Assembly (NCBI RefSeq): GCF_002117935.1
Contig: NZ_BDJE01000011.1
Location: 8,425-32,424, forward strand
Direction: 5' to 3'
Length of the DNA stretch: 24,000 nucleotides
DNA from: Nocardioides sp. PD653-B2
GTDB taxonomy: Bacteria > Actinomycetota > Actinomycetes > Propionibacteriales > Nocardioidaceae
Shown here: positions 15,276 through 22,311 of the stretch, piece after piece
Position numbering within the stretch: the stretch's first letter is position 1
Layout of the letters: each line of letters begins with the position of its first letter
Program-made: the position numbers and the translations under genes
The notes under the pieces: model-generated
What the model was told of the DNA's origin: nothing
Databases searched by the model: none
What the model saw: only the letters and a program-made list of their open reading frames with translations

Positions 15276-15683
15276 ATGAACGAGACCCGCTCGATCCGTG
15301 TCGTCGCCGCAGGAGTGGACGCACCGACCATGGCCAGGATCGCCCAGGACGCCGGCGGCGGCCGGGTCGAGGCCGCCGCCCTCGGCGACATGCAGGGCGC
15401 GCGACTGGTGAAGAAGGGGCAGGCCGACTACTACATCGGCACCTGCTGGTCCGGCGGCGGCGGCGCGCTCGCGGCCGCGACCGCGATCCTCGGCGCCAAG
15501 CAGGTCGGCATCGTCGGGACACCCGGGATGGTCGTCACCGAGGAGCGGGTCCGGACCATGGTGGGCGAGGGCCGGATCGCGTTCGGCTTCGCCTACGAGC
15601 AGACCACCACCGCGATCCCGTTGATCATCAAGGAGATCCTGGCCCACCGCGACGCGCAGGAGGGCCGCGCAGGTGACCGGTGA
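15276..15683 (+). CDS. DUF2620-family protein (YhfU-like)
   Basis: 135 aa. It has the core GQADYYIGTCWSGGGGALAAATAILG. I assign it from my recollection of the E. coli YhfU family and from its position next to PRD, mutase, racemase-fold and php homologues. GAAAGG lies upstream of ATG 15276. Confidence 0.55.
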   Translation: MNETRSIRVVAAGVDAPTMARIAQDAGGGRVEAAALGDMQGARLVKKGQADYYIGTCWSGGGGALAAATAILGAKQVGIVGTPGMVVTEERVRTMVGEGRIAFGFAYEQTTTAIPLIIKEILAHRDAQEGRAGDR

Positions 15684-16095
15684 CCTGACGGCCGACGCGG
15701 CCGCCCACGCCCAGATCACCGAGGAGTTCGCCGACCGGCTCGAGATGCTCGAGGAGTCCGGTCAGGTGAGCAAGCTCGCCCGCCGGCTCACCGAGCTCGC
15801 GCTCGCCGACCTCGCCGTCAGCCTCGACCTCCGGTTCACCGAGGAGAACTCCGCCCAGTTCGTGACCCACCTGGCGATCGCGCTGACCCGGATCAACCGC
15901 GGCGACCCCCCGATCGAGCTCTCGGCGGTCGCCGAGGAGGAGATCGCCGAGCGCACCCGCGAACGCGACGCCGTCGCTCGGGTGATGCGCGACTGCGCCC
16001 CGGTGCTCGAGCGCACGGTCCCCGATCCCGAGATCAGCTACATGACCGTGCACCTGTGCAGCATCGTCGACCTCCAGTCCGAGCAGGGCGGGTGA
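15673..16095 (+). CDS. Stand-alone PRD-domain protein (YhfY-like)
   Basis: 140 aa and all-helical in character. Two PRD-type histidine contexts are present: QFVTHLAIALTRI and SYMTVHLCSIV. The GTG start overlaps the DUF2620 3' end by 11 nt. The stop overlaps the next start (GTGA 16092-16095). Confidence 0.65.
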   Translation: MTGDLTADAAAHAQITEEFADRLEMLEESGQVSKLARRLTELALADLAVSLDLRFTEENSAQFVTHLAIALTRINRGDPPIELSAVAEEEIAERTRERDAVARVMRDCAPVLERTVPDPEISYMTVHLCSIVDLQSEQGG

Positions 16096-17294
16096 CCGGC
16101 CGCGCGGTGGTGGTCGTCCTCGACGGCTTCGGTGTCGGGGCGACCCCCGACGTCGCCGACTCCGACGCGGGCTGGCACACCCTGGAGCACGTCGCGGGGG
16201 ACGCACCCCTGCAGCTGCCGACCCTCGCGTCCCTCGGGCTGCACCGGCTCGCGCCTCGCGCGGTCGAGGAGCAGCAGCTGCGCGGCGCCTACGGCCGGCT
16301 CGCGCCGGTGCACCCCGGCGCCGACACCTACCTCGGACACCAGGAGCTCATGGGCGGCGGGTTGTCGCGCGTCGAGTTGAAGCTCATGGAGGACGTCGGC
16401 GAGACCGTCCGCGACGCCCTGGTGGCGGCCGGGCACCGGGTCGAGCCGCTGGTCGAAGGCCAGTCGATGCTGCTCGTCGACGGCGTCGCGGTCGTGCACG
16501 ACAACATCGAGGCCCGGGCCCGCCTGAACATCAACGTGACCGCCACGCTCGACGACATCGGCTTCGACGAGCTCAGCGAGATCGGCTTCGTCGTACGCCG
16601 TGCCGTGAACGTCTCCCGCGTCATCGTGGTCGGCAGCCGCGGCTACGACGTCGACGACATCCGGGCGCACATCGTGGACCGCGGCGAGGGCCAGGTCGGT
16701 GTCGACACCCCCGGCCTCGGGGTCTACACCGAGGACTACCAGGTGCGCCACCTCGGCCTGGAGTTCCCGGTCGAGCGGCAGCTCCCGACGCGGGTGATCG
16801 AGGCCGGCGGCGACGTGGTCCTGCTGGGCAAGGCGGCCGACGTGGTGCGCTGCACCGGCGCGGTGCGCGAGAACCTGGTGCCGACCGCGGAGGTGCTCGA
16901 CGCCGCCGTGCGCCACCTCACCTCCATGGAGCACGGGCTGATCGTGGCCAACGTCCAGGAGACCGATCTCGCCGGACACGAGCAGGACCGCGACCGCTAC
17001 CGGCAGGTGCTCCGGCTCGTCGACGCCAAGCTGCCGCAGCTGCTCGAGCAGCTGGGTCCCGACGACGTGCTGTTCGTCACCGCCGACCACGGCAACGACC
17101 CCACCTCGGGCAGCAGCCGCCACACCCGCGAGTACGTCCCGCTGCTCGCCTACGGTGCGGCGTTCCAACCCGTCGACCTCGGCATCCGGTCCACCCTCGC
17201 CGACGTCGCCGCGACCGTGGCCGACCTCCAGCAGCTCGCGGAGCTGGAGTCCGGAGAGTCATTCCTGAAGGAGATCTCGTGTTCATCGACGTGA
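16092..17294 (+). CDS. Phosphopentomutase-like metalloenzyme (alkaline-phosphatase superfamily; YhfW-like phosphosugar mutase)
   Basis: I trimmed ORF 16056-17294 to GTG 16092. The N-terminus AVVVVLDGFGVGATPDVADSDAGWHTLEHVAG...LQLPTLASLGL is collinear with DeoB (VLDSFGIGA...DT.GH...LNLPNL..LGL). ETDLAGHEQD and VTADHGNDPT are metal/phospho-site motifs. Confidence 0.8.
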   Translation: MTGRAVVVVLDGFGVGATPDVADSDAGWHTLEHVAGDAPLQLPTLASLGLHRLAPRAVEEQQLRGAYGRLAPVHPGADTYLGHQELMGGGLSRVELKLMEDVGETVRDALVAAGHRVEPLVEGQSMLLVDGVAVVHDNIEARARLNINVTATLDDIGFDELSEIGFVVRRAVNVSRVIVVGSRGYDVDDIRAHIVDRGEGQVGVDTPGLGVYTEDYQVRHLGLEFPVERQLPTRVIEAGGDVVLLGKAADVVRCTGAVRENLVPTAEVLDAAVRHLTSMEHGLIVANVQETDLAGHEQDRDRYRQVLRLVDAKLPQLLEQLGPDDVLFVTADHGNDPTSGSSRHTREYVPLLAYGAAFQPVDLGIRSTLADVAATVADLQQLAELESGESFLKEISCSST

Positions 17295-18493
17295 CCCGTC
17301 GCCGCAACCCCGCCCTGATCGACGCGGCGGTCGAGCTGCACCAGGCCGGGCGCATCCCGTCCAACTGCTACGTGGTCGACCTCGACACGGTGGCGCGCAA
17401 CGCCGCCGTGGTGGCGCAGGCCGCGAAGTCCCACGGCCTGACGGCCTACCAGATGACCAAGCAGTTCGGTCGCAACCCGGTGGTGGCCCAGGCCATCGCG
17501 GACGCCGGCATCGACCGCGTCGTGGCGGTCGACTTCGAGGAGGCCCGGCTGTTGCACGCCCACGGCCTGAAGATGGGCCATGTCGGCCACCTGGTCCAGG
17601 TGCCCGAGCACGAGCTCGGGCTCGCCGCCGACATGGAGCCCGACTTCGTCACGGTCTTCGGCTACGACCAGGCCGAGCGGATCAGCAAGGCGATGCAGGA
17701 GCGCGGCCGGGTCCAGGACCTGACGCTGCGGATCTCCGAGCCGGGCGACACCTTCTACCCCGGCCAGCGCGGGGGAGTGCCGCTCGCCGACGCGGTCGAC
17801 GTCGCGCGCCGGATCGACGCCCTGCCCGGCGTCCGCATGCGCGGCGTCACGAGCTTCCCGGTCGTGCTGTGGGACGAGACGGCCGGAGCCTTCGGCGCGA
17901 CGCAGAACCTGGAGACCCTGCGGGCCGCGTCCGAGGCGATCAACGCCGCCGGCATCGACGCGCCCGTGCGCAACACCCCGAGCGCCTGCTGCTCGGCGAC
18001 GTTCGGGATCAAGGCCGCGGCCGGTGCGACCCACGTGGAGCCGGGCAGCTGCCTCACCGGGCAGACTCCGCTGCATGCCGTGAGCGACCAGCCGGAGCTG
18101 CCGGCCATGATCTACGTCTCGGAGATCTCGCACACGACCGCGGACGCGGCGTACTGCATCGCCGGCGGGCTCTACCCACGGTCGAAGGCGCGCACCGCGC
18201 TGGTCTACGACGAGGTGGGCGCCGAGCCGGTCACCGCCGCGGTCGAGCTCGACCCGGCCGAGGCGATCGACTACTACGGCACCCTGCGTCTCGACGATCC
18301 CCGGCGCCTGCGGATCGGCAGCACCGTCGTGTACGCCTTCCGTGCGCAGGTGTTCGTCAGCAAGTGTTTCGTCGCCGTCGTCAGCGGGATCGGGTCCCAG
18401 CCGGTCGTCGAAGGCATCTTCACCAGCACTGGATTCCGTCTCGGGGAGGACCTCCTCCCGGTCGGCGGACTTGACGGAAGGACCGCGCCGTGA
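17279..18493 (+). CDS. Alanine-racemase-fold (fold-type III) PLP-dependent enzyme, YhfX-like
   Basis: 404 aa. It opens MFIDVTRRRNPALIDAAVELHQAGRIPSNCYVVDLDTV and has the lysine context AYQMTKQFGRNP. SD AAGGAG lies at 17268-17273. It overlaps the mutase 3' end by 16 nt. Confidence 0.7.
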   Translation: MFIDVTRRRNPALIDAAVELHQAGRIPSNCYVVDLDTVARNAAVVAQAAKSHGLTAYQMTKQFGRNPVVAQAIADAGIDRVVAVDFEEARLLHAHGLKMGHVGHLVQVPEHELGLAADMEPDFVTVFGYDQAERISKAMQERGRVQDLTLRISEPGDTFYPGQRGGVPLADAVDVARRIDALPGVRMRGVTSFPVVLWDETAGAFGATQNLETLRAASEAINAAGIDAPVRNTPSACCSATFGIKAAAGATHVEPGSCLTGQTPLHAVSDQPELPAMIYVSEISHTTADAAYCIAGGLYPRSKARTALVYDEVGAEPVTAAVELDPAEAIDYYGTLRLDDPRRLRIGSTVVYAFRAQVFVSKCFVAVVSGIGSQPVVEGIFTSTGFRLGEDLLPVGGLDGRTAP

Positions 18494-18768
18494 CTGCCAC
18501 GCGCACCGTGACCATCGCCGACCCCCAGGGCCTGCACGCCCGCCCGGCAGCGGACTTCGTGACCGCGTCGCGCGACTTCGAATGCGACCTGGAGATCCAG
18601 GTCGGGGACAAGTCGGGCAACTGCAAGAGCCTGCTGTCGGTGCTCAAGCTCGGTATCGCGCACGGCACGCTCGTCACCCTCCAGGCGACGGGCGCCGACG
18701 AGGAACGCGCCGTCACCGAGCTGGCCGAGCTGCTCGGCCACCAGGTCCAGGGCACGTCGTCGCCGTGA
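18490..18768 (+). CDS. ptsH: Phosphocarrier protein HPr
   Basis: 92 aa. The active-site His-15 context is TIADPQGLHARPAADFV. A Ser-46-like context, GNCKSLLSVLKLGI, is also present. There are GTGA overlaps at both ends (18490-18493 and 18765-18768). Confidence 0.9.
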   Translation: MTATRTVTIADPQGLHARPAADFVTASRDFECDLEIQVGDKSGNCKSLLSVLKLGIAHGTLVTLQATGADEERAVTELAELLGHQVQGTSSP

Positions 18769-20441
18769 TACTCCAGGGCATCCCGGCCTCGGGCGGTTGC
18801 GCACTCGGCCCGGTCGTCATGCTGGAGCCCGCGGGCGCCGACGTGGACGTCACCGCCAGGAGCACGCGCCCGGTCCCGGAGTCGCTGGACCGGCTCACCG
18901 CGGCGGTGGCGGCGAGCCGCGACGACATCGTCGCGATCGCCGCGACGGCCCGGGAGCGGATCGGTGCGGAGAACTCCGCGATCGTCGAGGCCCAGCTGCT
19001 GGTGCTCGACGACCCCGAGTGGCTCGAACCCGTGGTGGCGGCGATCCGTGGCGGCGCCACCCCTGAGGGCGCCGTGTGGGCGGTCAGCCAGGAGGTGGCC
19101 GGGCTGCTGGCAGCGCTCGACGACCCGTACCTCGCCGAGCGGTCGGCCGACGTCCTCGACGTCGGGCAGCGCGTGGTGGGGCACCTGACCAACCGGCGCC
19201 GGGCTCCCGTGCTCGCCGGCCTCGAGGGCGACGTCATCATCGGCGCCTACGAGCTCACCCCGACCGACACCCTCGCCCTCGACCTGGAGGTCGTGCGCGG
19301 GATCGTCACCGAGGTGGGGTCCCGCACCGCGCACGCCGCGATCATCGCCCGCCAGCTCGGCATCCCCGCCGTGGTGGGGGCGAGCGGGCTGCTCGACGCC
19401 GTGTGCTCGGGCGATGTCGTGCTCGTCGACGGGGACCAGGGCACCTGCACGCTCGACCCCGGCGACGCCGAGGTGGCCCGGGCGCGCTCGGTGGCCGCGG
19501 CGCGCGCCAGCCAGGCCGTGATCGTCGAGCGGGTCGCCACCAGCGACGGCATCGAGGTCGTGGTGCTGGCCAACGCCGGGAGCATCCTCGACGTCGAGCG
19601 CGCGGTCGGCTGGGGCGCGGACGGGATCGGGCTGTTCCGCACCGAGTTCTTGTTCATGCAGTCCCAGGCGCCCCCCGACGAGGAGGAGCAGGCGGCATAC
19701 TACGCCGCGGTGGCCCAGGCCGCCCAGGGCCGACCGGTGACGTTCCGGACCCTCGACATCGGGGGCGACAAGCCGGTGCCGGGGCTGCACGTGGAGGCCG
19801 AGGCCAACCCGTTCCTCGGGGTCCGGGGCGTGCGGCTCACCCTCGCCGACCACGACCTGTTCGCGGCCCAGCTGCGGGCGCTCGCGCGCACCGCGGCGGC
19901 GTACCCCGAGATCAGCGTGATGGTGCCGATGGTCTCCGGGCTCGAGGAGCTCGACGAGGTCCGCGCACTGCTGGCCGAGTGTGCCGGCGAGACCGCGTTC
20001 CGGTTCGGCACGATGATCGAGGTGCCCAGCGCGGCGGTGCTCGCCGCCGAGGTCGCGGACGAGGTGGACTTCCTCAGCGTCGGCACCAACGACCTGACGG
20101 CCTACGTCCTGGCGGCCGACCGGGGCAACACCCGGCTGGACTACCTCTACGACGAGTTCCACCCCGCGGTCCTGCGCACCCTCCGCCTGATCCGCGCCGG
20201 CGCGGGTGCCACGCCGGTGAGCATCTGCGGCGAGCTCGCCGGCGACCCGCGCGCGCTCGCTCTGCTGGTGGGGCTCGGCTACCACCGGTTGAGCGTGTCC
20301 GGGCCGCTGGTGCCGGTGGTCAAGGAGCGGGTCCGCGAGCTCGAGGCCGCCGGCACGGCCGACGGGGTGGCGGCGGTGCTGTCCGCACGGCGTCGCGCGG
20401 ACGTCTCCGCGGCGCTGGACCTGCTCACGCCCCGGGGCTGA
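18765..20441 (+). CDS. ptsI: Phosphoenolpyruvate-protein phosphotransferase (PTS Enzyme I)
   Basis: I trimmed ORF 18342-20441 to GTG 18765 ((M)ILQGIPASGGCALGPVV, the canonical EI N-terminus), giving 558 aa. The phospho-His motif is GSRTAHAAIIARQLGIPAVVG. The PEP-binding domain contains GLFRTEFLF, RTLDIGGDK, MIEVPSA and VGTNDLTAY. Confidence 0.95.
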   Translation: MILQGIPASGGCALGPVVMLEPAGADVDVTARSTRPVPESLDRLTAAVAASRDDIVAIAATARERIGAENSAIVEAQLLVLDDPEWLEPVVAAIRGGATPEGAVWAVSQEVAGLLAALDDPYLAERSADVLDVGQRVVGHLTNRRRAPVLAGLEGDVIIGAYELTPTDTLALDLEVVRGIVTEVGSRTAHAAIIARQLGIPAVVGASGLLDAVCSGDVVLVDGDQGTCTLDPGDAEVARARSVAAARASQAVIVERVATSDGIEVVVLANAGSILDVERAVGWGADGIGLFRTEFLFMQSQAPPDEEEQAAYYAAVAQAAQGRPVTFRTLDIGGDKPVPGLHVEAEANPFLGVRGVRLTLADHDLFAAQLRALARTAAAYPEISVMVPMVSGLEELDEVRALLAECAGETAFRFGTMIEVPSAAVLAAEVADEVDFLSVGTNDLTAYVLAADRGNTRLDYLYDEFHPAVLRTLRLIRAGAGATPVSICGELAGDPRALALLVGLGYHRLSVSGPLVPVVKERVRELEAAGTADGVAAVLSARRRADVSAALDLLTPRG

Positions 20442-20534
20442 CACCCGGAGGTCCCGTGGCCGGGTGGGCCTCGGTGGCCTCTCGGCCGCCAGCGCCCACA
20501 CAGCGCGGTGGACTTCCTGACATCCTGTTTCCCC

Positions 20535-21038
20535 ATGAGCACCGAGGCGTCAGCCGAGCGAGACCTGTTGCTCCACCGATTGGGTGACCAGCATCGCCAC
20601 GTCCTCGACCAGGTCGAGGGTCTCAGCGACGGCCAGCTGCGCCAGCCTGTCTTGCCGTCCGGGTGGTCGTGTCTCGGGCTGCTGCGTCACCTCACGCTGT
20701 CTGATGAGCGCTACTGGTTCGGAGTCGTGATGGCCGGTGAGCCCCTGGACTTCTGGCCGGAGGGCATCAACGCCGACTGGCTCGTCCATGACGACGAACC
20801 CCCGGCGTCGATCGTCTCAGCCTACCGCGCCGCCATCGAACATGCCGACGCGATCATCGCTGACCTCTCCCTCGATGCGCCGCCCGCCCGGCACGAGGAC
20901 TGGTGGGCCGAGTCCGGGCAGTCCTTCCCGGATCTGCGTACGGTCCTGGTGCACGTCCTGGTCGAGACCGCCACCCACGCCGGCCACCTCGACGTCGTGC
21001 GAGAGCTCCTCGACGGCAAGCAGTACCTGTCGATCTGA
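20535..21038 (+). CDS. DinB-family (DUF664 / mycothiol-transferase-like) protein
   Basis: It has a four-helix-bundle DinB pattern: ERDLLLHRLGDQHRHVLDQVEGLSDGQL, LGLLRHLTLSDERYW, and the C-terminal VLVHVLVETATHAGHLDVVRELLDG (His triad). An alternative GTG start lies at 20508. Confidence 0.7.
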   Translation: MSTEASAERDLLLHRLGDQHRHVLDQVEGLSDGQLRQPVLPSGWSCLGLLRHLTLSDERYWFGVVMAGEPLDFWPEGINADWLVHDDEPPASIVSAYRAAIEHADAIIADLSLDAPPARHEDWWAESGQSFPDLRTVLVHVLVETATHAGHLDVVRELLDGKQYLSI

Positions 21039-21079
21039 CGTCGAGTCAGGACGCGCAGATCGCTTCCGGAGCTCGCTGG

Positions 21080-21327
21080 TCAGTCGGGAGGCGACGCGAT
21101 GACGGCTTCGGCGGACTCGGTGCGGTCCAGACACTCGACGACCGTGTCGACATCCAGGCCGTCCGAGCCGTAGAGGTCGGTCGTCCAGGAGTGGCCGCCT
21201 CCGGGCCGCCGTGCGGTTCGCAGGAGGTGCTGAGGTCGATGTGCTGCTGGTCGTGACGAGCGAGGTGCGACAGAAGCGCGGCCGGTGCGCCTCGTTCTGT
21301 CACCACCGCAGGAGAAACCTCGGACAT
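21080..21327 (-). pseudogene. Small ORF with an apparent frame switch (frameshifted gene, sequencing indel, or mis-modelled start). No family recognised.
   Basis: High GC3 runs in the ATG-21327 frame from about 21267 to about 21193. It then moves to the frame ending at TGA 21080-21082 (GGHSWTTDLYGSDGLDVDTVVECLDRTESAEAVIASPPD; 36 of 39 third positions are G/C by my count). The second frame has no ATG/GTG start in its upstream portion. Confidence 0.25.
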
Positions 21328-21366
21328 CTCCGGACAGGCGTGGCGAACGGGGCGTTGCCGTGCCCG

Positions 21367-22311
21367 TCAGGTGGCGGAGCCGACCTCGAAGAGCAGAGCA
21401 GCGCCCTCGAGCCCACGGCGGAGCTCCTCGACGGCGAGGACGCCGGCGCGCTCGACGGCCTCGACCGTGGACGCGCCGCAGTGCGGCGTGAGGATCACGT
21501 TCGGGAGGTCGCGCAGCGGACTGGCGGCGTCCAGCGGCTCCTCCTCGAAGCTGTCGAGGGCGGCCGCGTGCAGGGGACCCTGGGCCAGCGCGACGGCGAG
21601 TGCGTCCTCGTCGACGATGCCGCCGCGGGCCGTGTTGACCAGGATGCTCGACGGCCGCATCCGGCCGAGCACCTCGGCGCCGAACAGGTGCCGGGTGGTC
21701 TCGGTCAGCGGGGCATGGATCGAGATGACGTCCGAGCGTGCGACCAGCTCGTCGAAGGCGACCATCGAGACGTCGGTCTGCACGGCCACCGGGTCGTGCC
21801 CGATGACCTCCATGCCGAGCGCCCTCGCGCGGACCGCCACCTCCTGGCCGATCCGGCCGATGCCCACCAGGCCGAGGGTCCGGCCGGCGAGCTCGAGCGC
21901 GGTCGGGCGCGACCACGAGCCAGCGCGCACCGACCGGTCGAGGCTCGGGATGCCGCGGGCCGCGGCCAGCATCAGGCCGACGGTGAGCTCGGCGACCGAC
22001 GTGGTGGTGGCGCCGAGCGTCCGGGTCACCCGGATGCCCTCGGTACGCGCGGCGTCGAGGTCGACGTTGTCGACCCCGATCCCGAAGCGCACCAGGACCC
22101 GGAGGCCGGTGCCCACGAGCGCCTGCGACGACGCCTCGTCGACGCCGAGGATGGCGCCGTCGCACCCGTCGAGCAGCTCCCGCAGCTCGGCCGCGGTCAG
22201 CGGCCGCTCCTGGGTCGGGTAGCGCACGTCGTAGCCGGCGTCGTGGAGCAGCTCCTGGTGCCGACCGGGGGTCTGGCGGAAGCCCCGCGGGGTCACCGCG
22301 ACGGTGGTCAC
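21367..22311 (-). CDS. D-isomer-specific 2-hydroxyacid dehydrogenase (phosphoglycerate dehydrogenase-like)
   Basis: 314 aa. The NAD motif is LAGRTLGLVGIGRIGQEVAVRARALGMEVIGHDP. NTARGGIVDE and the catalytic tail LTPHCGAST are present. The GTG start overlaps the cupin isomerase stop (GTGA 22308-22311). Confidence 0.85.
   Translation of the reverse strand: MTTVAVTPRGFRQTPGRHQELLHDAGYDVRYPTQERPLTAAELRELLDGCDGAILGVDEASSQALVGTGLRVLVRFGIGVDNVDLDAARTEGIRVTRTLGATTTSVAELTVGLMLAAARGIPSLDRSVRAGSWSRPTALELAGRTLGLVGIGRIGQEVAVRARALGMEVIGHDPVAVQTDVSMVAFDELVARSDVISIHAPLTETTRHLFGAEVLGRMRPSSILVNTARGGIVDEDALAVALAQGPLHAAALDSFEEEPLDAASPLRDLPNVILTPHCGASTVEAVERAGVLAVEELRRGLEGAALLFEVGSAT

Noticed and set aside
18420-20501. 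A 693-aa minus-strand ORF opposite ptsI. Similar long antisense ORFs lie at 10249-11772, 16038-17168, 5939-7111, 9116-10255, 7616-8584 and 21211-22323.
   Set aside because: All lie opposite genes with clear family motifs. All have Arg/Pro/Gly-dominated composition and no recognisable domains. I treat them as GC-driven shadow ORFs, not as overlapping genes.
20508-21038. The DinB/DUF664 gene as a component of the yhf-like/PTS system
   Set aside because: It is separated from ptsI by about 90 nt with no coupling. It belongs to a stress/thiol-transferase family with no obvious link to sugar-phosphate chemistry. It is probably an unrelated insertion between two convergent units, though co-transcription cannot be excluded.
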